This document shows positions 19,492 to 28,435 of a stretch of 64,000 nt of DNA, piece after piece. Source of the DNA: an uncultured Verrucomicrobiae bacterium. GTDB lineage: Bacteria; Verrucomicrobiota; Verrucomicrobiia; Chthoniobacterales; JAFAMB01. The position numbers and the translations under genes are program-made. The notes under the pieces are model-generated. The model made no database searches and was not told the origin of the DNA. It saw nothing but the letters and a program-made list of their open reading frames with translations. How positions within the stretch are numbered: position 1 is the first letter of the stretch; every line of letters begins with the position of its first letter. The stretch is from contig CAWIPH010000002.1 of the NCBI GenBank assembly GCA_963837955.1, positions 1,344,001 to 1,408,000 on the forward strand. Reading direction: 5' to 3'.

Positions 19492-20465
19492 TGCAAGCCT
19501 TTCATTTTAATTTAGCGACCTCTCAAAAAGAGGCTGCTGCCGGTAGGACTGGTGCGGCTTTCATCGCGGGTGGCACCAACCTGATCGACCTGATGAAGCT
19601 GGAGGTCATGACCCCTGCGCAACTCATTGATCTCGGGCCACTCTCTTTACGCGGTGTGAAGGTGGATGATAGCGGACTCCATATTGGCGCGCTCGAAAAA
19701 ATGGCCGCGGTCGCGGAAGATCCACAAGTAGTTAAGAAGTATCCAGTCATTTCCCAGGCGTTGTTGAAGAGCGCTTCGGCCCAAATTCGCAATATGGCCA
19801 CGATGGGAGGCAATCTGATGCAGCGAACGCGTTGCGGATATTTTCGAGATGTTGTTTCTCCCTGCAACAAGCGCGTACCCGGCAGCGGTTGTCCAGCGTT
19901 TGACGGCGAAAATCGGATGCACGCAATCTTCGGAGTGAGCGACTCTTGCTGCGCGACTCATCCGAGCGACCTGGCGGTCGCCTTGGTTGCTCTCGATGCC
20001 GTCCTGAAGCTAGAAAGTTCGCGAGAGATCCGGCAGGTAAAGCTGGAAGATTTTTATTTGCTACCAGGGAAGACGCCGGATCGAGAGCACGACATTCGCC
20101 CTGGTGAGATCATCACCGAAATTTTTGTCCCTCGCAAAGCGTGGGCTGGTCGGTCCGGTTATCTGAAGATTCGGGATAGAGAGTCTTATGAGTTTGCGTT
20201 GAGTTCGGCTGCGGCGGCTCTTGATCTTGATGGTTCGACCATTCGAGATGCCCGGATCGCCGTGGGTGGCGTCGGAACCAAGCCATGGGTTCTTCCGCAT
20301 GTGGTGGAAGCGCTCAAGGGAAAAAACGCCAATCGGGCGGTATTCGAGGCCGCGGCGGAGCAGGCGACTGAGGGTGCAAAAACGTTGAGCCAAAACAGTT
20401 TCAAAGTGCCCCTGCTCAAAAAGACAATTGTTCGTGTTCTCAGCGAGGTAGGAGGTGTCGTATGA
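19491..20465 (+). CDS. paoB: Aldehyde oxidoreductase FAD-binding subunit (PaoB/YagS-like)
   Basis: IAGGTNLIDLMK, QIRNMATMGGNLMQRTRC, CNKR.PGSGC, KIRDRESYEFAL. Confidence 0.88.
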   Translation: MQAFHFNLATSQKEAAAGRTGAAFIAGGTNLIDLMKLEVMTPAQLIDLGPLSLRGVKVDDSGLHIGALEKMAAVAEDPQVVKKYPVISQALLKSASAQIRNMATMGGNLMQRTRCGYFRDVVSPCNKRVPGSGCPAFDGENRMHAIFGVSDSCCATHPSDLAVALVALDAVLKLESSREIRQVKLEDFYLLPGKTPDREHDIRPGEIITEIFVPRKAWAGRSGYLKIRDRESYEFALSSAAAALDLDGSTIRDARIAVGGVGTKPWVLPHVVEALKGKNANRAVFEAAAEQATEGAKTLSQNSFKVPLLKKTIVRVLSEVGGVV

Positions 20466-22687
20466 GTGGTGTTTTTCAAGGACTCAATCGTGACCGTTTC
20501 GATGCAAAACTGAAAGTCACAGGGCAGGCGATGTATTCGGGAGACCATGATCTCCCTAATTTGGCTTTTGGTTATCTGATCCAAAGCAGCATTGGCCGCG
20601 GCCAAATCCGCGCTTTTGACCTGAGTGCTGCCGAAGAAAGCCCTGAGGTGATTGCAATTTTCACTCCGTTTAATTCGCTTAAGCTCTATCGGCCGCTTGG
20701 TCGTGACGAAGAGGTCAATAGCGGCGATGCGATCCCCTTGCTTCAGGATACGCAAGTACACTATTTCGGCCAAACCATTGGGTTAATTGTCGCTGAATCC
20801 TTCGAGCAAGCGCGAGATGCAGCTGCGCTGATCAAAGTAATCTATGAACCGAGACCGGCGGTGTGCACGTTGGAATCGGGGATGGCAAAGGCTTATCAGC
20901 CGCAAAGTGTGTCGGGGATGCCAGCGACCGTGAGCATCTTAGAATCAGGAGTGCCTTCGATCGACGAAGCTCTTCGACAGGCGGACGTATCGATTGCTCA
21001 AGAGTATACCAGCCCCATCGAGCACCACAATCCGATGGAGCCGCACGCCACGGTGGCGGTTTGGGAGGAGGATCGTCTCACGGTCTACGATGCGACCCAG
21101 TGGGTGGATGGCCACCAACGAAACTTAGCGGCAGTCCTCGGAGTGGATGTTGATCACGTGCGCGTTGTTTGTCCTTTTGTCGGCGGGGCGTTTGGCTGCA
21201 AAGGGTCGATGTGGATGCACTCACCGCTCACCGCGGCGGCCGCCAGGGTTTTGAACCGACCGGTGAAAACAATTCTGACGCGTGAGCAGATGTACTCTAC
21301 GGTCGGTCATCGCCCGACAACCCTGCAGAAAATCGAGCTGGGAGCGACCCGCGAAGGTGTGCTGCGGGCCGTGAAGCATGAAACCTTTTCGTCGACCGCG
21401 GTAGTCAAAGAATTCGTTGAGGCAGCGGCGCACCGAACCTCTCGTTATCTTTACAAATCGCCGAGTATCTTTGTCAGCCACCGGTTGGTTCCACTCGATA
21501 TCGCGCCCGGCACTTTTATGCGAGCGCCCGGGGTGGCTCCCGGAATGTATGCGCTGGAGTCGGCCATGGATGAGTTAGCGGTAAAGCTCGGGATCGATCC
21601 CGTTGAGTTGCGAGTAAAGAACCATGCCGAAATCTATCCGGGCGGGAACCTTCCATGGTCATCCAAGCATTTATTAGAATGCTATCAGAGAGGCGCAGAC
21701 AAATTCGGATGGGCAATGCGCGACCCGAAGCCACGCATGTCCAGAGATGGTGACTGGCGGATTGGTCAGGGAATGGCGACAGCCCTTTATCCCGCACATC
21801 GCAGTAACGCCTCGGCGAAAATACGACTGCAAGCGGACGGATACGTCACGGTATCGAGCGCAACCCATGACCTCGGGACCGGGATGTATACCGTACTGGC
21901 GATTGTGGGGGCCCAGTCGCTCGAAATCTCTTACGAGCGAGTCCGCGCTGTGTTAGGTGATTCGGGCTTGCCGCCGGCACCGGGGGCTGGAGGCTCTCAG
22001 TCCACCGCAAGTGTCGGTCCGGCTGTCGTTGCAGCTGCCGAATCGGTCAAAAAGAAGTTGATTGAAGTGGCAGTCAAGGATCAGAAGTCTCCTTTCCAGG
22101 GCGCGAAGCCGGAGGAGCTTTCTTATGCGAACGGCGAAATTCATGGTGGCGGTAAATCGTTGTCCTTCGGTCAATTATTAAGCGCGCTCGGCCGAAGTGC
22201 GGTCGAGTCAACTGACTCAGCAGCTCCCGGAGAGGAAGAGCACAAATACGCTTTTGACTCTTTTGGCGCGCAATTCTGCGAAGTAAAGGTTCACGACCTC
22301 ACAGGTGAGGTGCGGGTGAATCGGTTTTCCAGTGTTATGGACGTTGGCACCGTGGTGAGCGAGAAGACCGCCCGCAGCCAGATCATCGGAGGGATTGTGT
22401 TTGGTGTCGGAATGGCGCTCTTGGAGGCGACTCAATACGACGCTCGAACCGGTTGGATTGCCAATCGTAACATCGCCGAATATTTGGTGGCGACAAACGC
22501 GGACATTCCGCCCGTCGACGTGGAGTTTCTCAATCGTCCGGATTTGGTCTTTAATTCGATCGGCGCTCGCGGAATAGGCGAAATCGGAATTAGCGGAGCG
22601 CCGGCCGCGGTGGCGAACGCGGTCTATCACGCAACCGGTAAGCGAATTCGGAAGTTGCCTATTCGGCCTGAAAATCTGATAACTTAG
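20462..22687 (+). CDS. paoC: Aldehyde oxidoreductase molybdopterin-binding subunit (PaoC/YagR-like)
   Basis: KVTGQA.Y, HHNPMEPH, VGGAFGCKG, MRAPG, GGSQ, GARGIGEIG, GKRIR.LPI. Confidence 0.88.
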   Translation: MSGVFQGLNRDRFDAKLKVTGQAMYSGDHDLPNLAFGYLIQSSIGRGQIRAFDLSAAEESPEVIAIFTPFNSLKLYRPLGRDEEVNSGDAIPLLQDTQVHYFGQTIGLIVAESFEQARDAAALIKVIYEPRPAVCTLESGMAKAYQPQSVSGMPATVSILESGVPSIDEALRQADVSIAQEYTSPIEHHNPMEPHATVAVWEEDRLTVYDATQWVDGHQRNLAAVLGVDVDHVRVVCPFVGGAFGCKGSMWMHSPLTAAAARVLNRPVKTILTREQMYSTVGHRPTTLQKIELGATREGVLRAVKHETFSSTAVVKEFVEAAAHRTSRYLYKSPSIFVSHRLVPLDIAPGTFMRAPGVAPGMYALESAMDELAVKLGIDPVELRVKNHAEIYPGGNLPWSSKHLLECYQRGADKFGWAMRDPKPRMSRDGDWRIGQGMATALYPAHRSNASAKIRLQADGYVTVSSATHDLGTGMYTVLAIVGAQSLEISYERVRAVLGDSGLPPAPGAGGSQSTASVGPAVVAAAESVKKKLIEVAVKDQKSPFQGAKPEELSYANGEIHGGGKSLSFGQLLSALGRSAVESTDSAAPGEEEHKYAFDSFGAQFCEVKVHDLTGEVRVNRFSSVMDVGTVVSEKTARSQIIGGIVFGVGMALLEATQYDARTGWIANRNIAEYLVATNADIPPVDVEFLNRPDLVFNSIGARGIGEIGISGAPAAVANAVYHATGKRIRKLPIRPENLIT

Positions 22688-22689
22688 CG

Positions 22690-23604
22690 ATGGCCTGGAG
22701 CGATTTACGTTCAATTCTCAACCGATACGAACGGGAGACAGGCCCGTTCGTGTTGGCCACCCTCGTGCGGGTCTCCGGCTCGAGTTATCGTGGCCCCGGA
22801 GCCCGCGTCTTGATCAATCGCGATGGATCGTTTGTGGGACGCGTGAGCGCGGGGTGCCTGGAGGAAGAAATCGTTGCTCTGGCTTCGACAGTTTTTGCGA
22901 CCGGAAAGAAACAACTGACAGCGTTCGATTTGCGGCCTCGATTTGCCTGCGACGGTACCGTGCAGGTATTCCTGGAGCCGATCGTTAAGCCACATTCTTT
23001 CTTTGCGGCGTTGGATAAGGTTCTCCGTCTGCGAGCGCCGATTTTCGTGGAAGTGACATTTCAAGGAGACGAGCAGGGGACTCATTTAGCAGAGAATCCG
23101 TTCAGCCTGAATGGGGGCACCTTTATTCAGCGAATCAATCCTCCGGTTCGCCTCTTTATCGTGGGCCGGCAATTCGACGTCGAACCTGTCGCTCAGTTCG
23201 GCCGGTTGCTAGGTTGGCAGACAGAAATTGTTCCGGACGGTTCTGGCCTTTTGCCGGCAGATGCTCAAACCGGGGCCGTTATCATGTCACACAACTTTGG
23301 CCAGGATTTCGGAGCGTTGCAGGCGGCTTGGCAGCAAGGATATCCGTATGTTGCGCTGGTGGGCGGCAATCGTCGTAAGTCACAGCTCTTTCATCTTTTG
23401 GCTGAGCAGGGCGCCCCGCTCGAGTGGATCGACCGCATTTTTAGTCCGGCCGGCCTGGATATCGGTGCCGAATCGTCGGAAGAGATCGCTCTGGCGATTG
23501 TTTCGGAAGTGCAAGCCGCTCTTGCCGGGCGGGCTTCCGGTTTTCTCAGAGATAGGAGCGGCTCGATACATCAGTGGAAGGAGCCAGCGCGATGGTCGGC
23601 CTGA
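22690..23604 (+). CDS. xdhC: XdhC/CoxI family Moco insertion chaperone
   Basis: LATLVRVSGSSYRGPGA, VSAGCLE, MSHNF, PAGLDIGAES.EEIALAIVSE. Confidence 0.88.
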   Translation: MAWSDLRSILNRYERETGPFVLATLVRVSGSSYRGPGARVLINRDGSFVGRVSAGCLEEEIVALASTVFATGKKQLTAFDLRPRFACDGTVQVFLEPIVKPHSFFAALDKVLRLRAPIFVEVTFQGDEQGTHLAENPFSLNGGTFIQRINPPVRLFIVGRQFDVEPVAQFGRLLGWQTEIVPDGSGLLPADAQTGAVIMSHNFGQDFGALQAAWQQGYPYVALVGGNRRKSQLFHLLAEQGAPLEWIDRIFSPAGLDIGAESSEEIALAIVSEVQAALAGRASGFLRDRSGSIHQWKEPARWSA

Positions 23605-23870
23605 CCGGAGTGCTGCTGCGGCAGGAGTTTCGCATCGGTTGGGATTTTCCTAAACAATTGGCGCTGCTCAATGAGGAGCCGCTCATCCAGCGTACCGCTC
23701 GCATTGCTACCGGCAATCTTCCGCTAATAGTGGTCTTGGGTCATAAAAGCGAGGAGTGTCGTTCAGCGGTGATTTGCAGGAATGCCGGCGACCAACAGCA
23801 AATAGGCGGTAGCAAAATTTTGGCTAGCGGCTATTGGCGTAGCGAACGTCGAAGCGCTCCAGGCGTTTGA
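23592..23870 (+). pseudogene. mocA: Frameshifted, truncated Moco cytidylyltransferase (MocA/NTP_transf_3)
   Basis: The signature AAGVSHRLG lies in a different frame from the flanking VLL...PKQL; the product is under 100 aa; it follows xdhC. Confidence 0.7.
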
Positions 23871-24139
23871 TTGGGGCTCGTGCGCTGAGGCTTTGGTAAA
23901 TCGACAACCTTTGCGTGGGGTGTCTCCCCAGCCTCCGGCTTGACGTTTTCGACTTCGCCGCCGCGTCTATGGACTATCTTGGCCGCAATCGCGAAACACA
24001 TGGTCCGATATTCGTTAGTGCCGTCGTCGACGAATATGACGCGTTTGTCGCGCAGATCCTTTCGGCCTTTTATCCCTTTACCTAAACCGAGATCCTGTAA
24101 CATCGATTCGGCATGGGTTTGAGCTCGTTTCCAAGACAT
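23831..24139 (-). CDS. Hypothetical protein (102 aa)
   Basis: ATG-initiated ORF in an otherwise empty interval; no recognisable domain. Confidence 0.4.
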   Translation of the reverse strand: MSWKRAQTHAESMLQDLGLGKGIKGRKDLRDKRVIFVDDGTNEYRTMCFAIAAKIVHRRGGEVENVKPEAGETPHAKVVDLPKPQRTSPNQTPGALRRSLRQ

Positions 24140-24239
24140 ACGGGTAAGGACGAGACCCTACGGACGCATGGTCGCAGTGACCAGTAAAATTTCAACGCAA
24201 TGTTTTGCACTATTCGCAGTCGCTTCGCAACGGCCAAGC

Positions 24240-25337
24240 CTAAGCTGGGCTGGTAGCCGGAACGACTGGGTTTCTGGATCGCCAACGGTCCAAAATCCAG
24301 GCGACCAGAAAAACGCTGCTGATCTGCAACACGACTAGAAAAGTCGCATAGCTATCTACCCCGTGATGGCGCGCACTGATCAATCCGCCGATGAAAATCG
24401 ATACACACACCTGACAGGAGAAAATAGGAAGCATATGCTCGCCCACGGCCCTGATCGGACGCAATGTGAGATTCCATTTGCGCAGATTCGGTAGAAGCTT
24501 GCTGGCGAACCAGGCAATCGCAAAAAAGTTCAGCACCCGCAACGGGCCCAGATGCCATTTGTCTAGAAACCAATAGTCCCTGGCCGGATCAACATCGGCA
24601 TAAATGCAGATCCAGCGCCAAATGAGCATGCCGGCGGCCAGGAGGAGGAGAGCGAATTCCGCCACCCGAGGCATTTGCGTTACCGGTTTCCTCTCCTGAT
24701 ATGAGCGGCCGAACATGAGCCCTCCGATCCAAAGCAATTGCCACGAGAAAAGGTCAAACGGTCCGAAGTGAATAAAGGACACATCCTGCGTGCCTTGCAT
24801 CAGATGATCTTGGATCCGAAATTGGGAAATTAGCCAGATGCCGACACTGGCAAAGAAAACGTTCCTCCATCCCCACATTCGCGCGGCCCAAAACGCGAGC
24901 GGCGTAAGGAAGGAGAAGACGATATACATCGGCAGAATGTCGAGAAGCGGTGGCTGAAACAGCAGCGTTACCGAGCCGGCAATCGCGGCAGCAGGGTTCG
25001 TGAAAAATTGCGAAAGAATATTTTGGACGCCCGGGAGACCGGCAAGAAAAAGACTCCCCACGGCAAAGATAAAGAACAGGGTTATCAAGTGCGCTTGATA
25101 GATCCGGTAGGCGCGAAGAAAGGTTGCGGTCCGAGCCGCCTCGAATCCCTTCGTTTCAGCGCGTTTCTGGAAGAGTAGCCCAGCTAGGAAAGCGGAAACG
25201 AAGACGAATCCCTCGGCCGTGGAAAAAAATCCGATCGGCTGATCCGTAATCCGTCGCAGCGGCGAAGGAACGTGGTTGACCACCATCATGAGCAGCAAAA
25301 GACCCCGCAATACATCAAGTTCCACCAATCGTTTCAT
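24240..25337 (-). CDS. opgC: OpgC-domain membrane protein (putative periplasmic glucan acyltransferase)
   Basis: ELDVLRG...NH, STAEGFVFVS, DILPMY, FDLFSWQLLW, LDKWHLGPLR; GGAG RBS. Confidence 0.8.
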   Translation of the reverse strand: MKRLVELDVLRGLLLLMMVVNHVPSPLRRITDQPIGFFSTAEGFVFVSAFLAGLLFQKRAETKGFEAARTATFLRAYRIYQAHLITLFFIFAVGSLFLAGLPGVQNILSQFFTNPAAAIAGSVTLLFQPPLLDILPMYIVFSFLTPLAFWAARMWGWRNVFFASVGIWLISQFRIQDHLMQGTQDVSFIHFGPFDLFSWQLLWIGGLMFGRSYQERKPVTQMPRVAEFALLLLAAGMLIWRWICIYADVDPARDYWFLDKWHLGPLRVLNFFAIAWFASKLLPNLRKWNLTLRPIRAVGEHMLPIFSCQVCVSIFIGGLISARHHGVDSYATFLVVLQISSVFLVAWILDRWRSRNPVVPATSPA

Positions 25338-25629
25338 CGCTTAGTTCTCTCCAGGGCAACTCCCATGCCAGATTCGGTTTTTCTTGATTCTCCCGTGTTG
25401 TATTTATTTTTCGCGCACCCGTCGGGGTGTGCGCGTTACGTGCGTTTTGCATTTCCTCTCTGGCGTTGTACGAAACCTAGAGACGGACTATGTCGCGTTT
25501 CAGTCACCACTTATAATGAGAACGGCGACGAGTTTGTGACCGACGGTCCTAAATGCCGAACCGCCGGACCGGTATTTTCCAAAATCCCCGATATGGGATT
25601 CTGTTTTCCCTTTTTGTTGCTTGTCGCAG

Positions 25630-26418
25630 TTACGAAACTTTTGCTGCAGCGTCATCCCGGACAGAGTTGAGCTCTTTGTTCTCCTGTGTGCCGCGCTTAG
25701 GTGTGAAGAGATTTGTTGTGTTTGCCGCAACCGCAGCGACGAATGCCGCGACCAAAGGATGATTGCGGCCGGCTAAGGCGGCTCTCTCCGGCTGAAACTG
25801 AGTGCCGAAAAAGAAAGGATGATTTTCCATCTCTACCGCTCGGACCTCGCCCTGCAGGTCGACACCGGCCACTCGCAATGGCCCGTTCTCAAACTTCGCC
25901 GCAAATTCTCGGTTAAGACCGAATCGGCAGTGATATGGCTCATCGATTACGCTTTGGCCGTAGATTTCGGCAGTGCGGGAACCACTTCGCAAAAAGATTC
26001 GATCTTCTACCTCAACCAGCGCGCATTGCAGCGGTGTGATCAACGGTAGCCGGGCGTCTGGATTCGATTCTTGGTGATCCGCGTCGACAAGTCCAAGGAC
26101 CGATCGAGCGTATTCAACTATCGCATGCTGAAAACCACCGCAGGTACCGAGGAAGGGTCGCTTTTGCTCGCGCGCAAACCGAATAGCGCGAAGAGCGCCA
26201 TCCATGCTTTTGTAAGGGCTCCCCGGAACGCACCAAAAGCCGGCGTATTGAGAGAGCGCTTCATCCGAAGCTGCAACAGCTGTTTCAGTCGGTAACCAAA
26301 CGATGACAGGCGGAGTCTCCACCCCGTGTGAAGCGAGCTCAACGGCTCGAGGAATCGCGCGATGCGCGGTGACACCAGGATCGTAATCTCCAATCAGGGC
26401 GATCGAATGGGTCGGCAT
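25630..26418 (-). CDS. Stand-alone class I glutamine amidotransferase related to the CTP synthase C-terminal domain
   Basis: IALIGDY, WCVPGSPY, PFLGTCGGFQH, YHCRFG, HPFFFGTQFQPE; no synthetase domain. Confidence 0.85.
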   Translation of the reverse strand: MPTHSIALIGDYDPGVTAHRAIPRAVELASHGVETPPVIVWLPTETAVAASDEALSQYAGFWCVPGSPYKSMDGALRAIRFAREQKRPFLGTCGGFQHAIVEYARSVLGLVDADHQESNPDARLPLITPLQCALVEVEDRIFLRSGSRTAEIYGQSVIDEPYHCRFGLNREFAAKFENGPLRVAGVDLQGEVRAVEMENHPFFFGTQFQPERAALAGRNHPLVAAFVAAVAANTTNLFTPKRGTQENKELNSVRDDAAAKVS

Positions 26419-26496
26419 CGAATTCTTTAGCACACCACATCTAAGCATTCAAACACGTCGGGGATGCCTCGTGTTTAAGATCCAGATGTGGTCGCT

Positions 26497-27207
26497 CTAC
26501 TGTGCCGTGAGTTTCTTGGGAAACTCGTCGTGCAGATACTCAGAAATGTCGCGCTGCAAGATCTGGTAACCAGCTTGACTTAAATGGATTTGATCGCTCC
26601 GGAAAAGTGAGCCGATCGGTTGATGGTCCGGACCGAGCAAATCGGAATAAATGTCAATATAGTCGGTATCCGATTGCGTATCCAAGAAGTTGCCCACCAA
26701 CTGGTTGAATCGCTCGATGTTGTGAATGTACTTGAATCGAGCAGGACATGGTTTGACAGAAACGAACGCAATCGGGAGTTCGGGCGAAGAGGTTCGCAGC
26801 ATGAAAAAGAGTTGCCGGAAAGAGTCGAAGACCTTTTCCGGATCGGTTCCGGTCGCGAGATCGTTGTCTCCGGCGTAAATAACCACGGCCGATGGTTTCA
26901 GAGGGAGCACCACTCGAGGGGCGAAATAGAGACAATCAGTGAGCCGGGAACCGCCGAACCCGCAGTTCACTACCGCGTAATCGGGCAAATCCTGGGATAG
27001 CGTGTTCCAGAGGCGAATCGACGAGCTGCCGTAGAACACAATCGGTCTGGGCGGCGGATCAACGAGTTTGGCTTGCAACGCCTCGATCTCAGGTTCGAAC
27101 GGATTGGTCACCGATTGCGCAGTCGCTTGAGCGCCCGAAAAAATCAGGAAAGAGGCGCTATAAAGCGACAAACACCATTTAGCGAATGTGGGCGCTGCTA
27201 TCGGCAT
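26497..27207 (-). CDS. Exported SGNH/GDSL hydrolase
   Basis: Signal peptide; FYGSSSIRLW, NCGFGGS, YAGDND, DQIHLS. Confidence 0.88.
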   Translation of the reverse strand: MPIAAPTFAKWCLSLYSASFLIFSGAQATAQSVTNPFEPEIEALQAKLVDPPPRPIVFYGSSSIRLWNTLSQDLPDYAVVNCGFGGSRLTDCLYFAPRVVLPLKPSAVVIYAGDNDLATGTDPEKVFDSFRQLFFMLRTSSPELPIAFVSVKPCPARFKYIHNIERFNQLVGNFLDTQSDTDYIDIYSDLLGPDHQPIGSLFRSDQIHLSQAGYQILQRDISEYLHDEFPKKLTAQ

Positions 27208-27341
27208 GTTTCTCGGGGAAATAAATGAGCTGAAACCCCACTATAACCGCACCCACAAATCAATAAAATATTTTGTTTAAATCCGCCCCGGAACAACTTC
27301 TTGCGGTTCGCTGGCGAATCACCTAGAAGGAAGCGGTCGCT

Positions 27342-27836
27342 ATGAGTTTTTTTGATTCAATTATCAGTGCTATCCAAAGTCCGCAGCACGCTGGAAGCAA
27401 TCAGGACGTCCAAAACGTCCTTAATCTTGCTCAGAACATTCCGGGAATCCAAGGAGCAGAAGGTCAAATCCTGAATGCCTTAGGCGGACCGATCCAGCAG
27501 GCCTTGAGCCAGCAGGGACCGGCCACGGCTCAGCAAACCGTAACAACGCTTTCACAAGGGAACGCCTCGGTTCAGGATCTACAGAATCTGTTCGGAGTGG
27601 ATCAGTTCAACAATATCGTGAACCAGGTTGCAGCCCGAACGGGTATCAGCAGCCAGCTCATTCTAGCCGCTATTCCGATGGTGATTCCTGTGATCATGAA
27701 ACTGTTAGCGACCGGCAATCATCAAACGAATGCCCAAGCCCCGAATCCGGTCTTGAATCAATTTCTAGGTGGACAGAACGGGGGCGCGCTCCTGAACGAG
27801 GTCTTTCAGTTGGCGTCTCAATACGGGAAAAAGTAA
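27342..27836 (+). CDS. DUF937-like helical protein
   Basis: MSFFDSIISAIQSP; Q/G-rich helical segments; NPVLNQFLG; GAAGGAAG RBS. Confidence 0.6.
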   Translation: MSFFDSIISAIQSPQHAGSNQDVQNVLNLAQNIPGIQGAEGQILNALGGPIQQALSQQGPATAQQTVTTLSQGNASVQDLQNLFGVDQFNNIVNQVAARTGISSQLILAAIPMVIPVIMKLLATGNHQTNAQAPNPVLNQFLGGQNGGALLNEVFQLASQYGKK

Positions 27837-28435
27837 TTGAATTGGGAGGGCGTTGTTGCAACGCCCATCCGACCCCGAGCCGGTAGTCCGCTGGCTCCAA
27901 CCATGAGGCCTCGGTGTGAGCGCTCGACTGAGCTCACGACTTCGGGGAGCTAAACCACCCGCCGGCCGGTTTCGTTGTTTTCCAAAGGCGGCTCAGCCAT
28001 AGGTATTCTGAATTGCCATGGGCTGGTTCCTGACCGCCAGGGCTAAGTTCGGCCGCCCGCGAGCCTTTTAGCTGTCAAGACAAGTTGACATCGGCAGCCA
28101 CCGGCCGAAGCCATTTGCAGGAGTACGAGTCGCAGCAAAGCGCTGGTTCGACGGCGGATTGAACGGAATCTTGCCCGGAAGCCCTGAAATCGCAGAGACC
28201 GTCCTCCGGTGCAATCGACCTGTGAAGTCAATCTATAAATATTATAGGAGACCTCAGTTTTCCTCTGAGTCTCAAAATTGCAACAAGTTTGGTTGCATCT
28301 GCGAAATCGGCTCTCATTGTTGCCGGCGACTTGTGCAGTTTTGGCACAAGTCGGTCATTCGTAAGAATCGCAAATAGAATAAGTACCAGAATGCCATGGC
28401 CTTCGCCTCAGCATTCTGTAACAGGAGACTCTTGT

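Noticed and set aside
25630..26418. pyrG (CTP synthase)
   Set aside because: Only the glutaminase-like domain is present, with no synthetase domain upstream.
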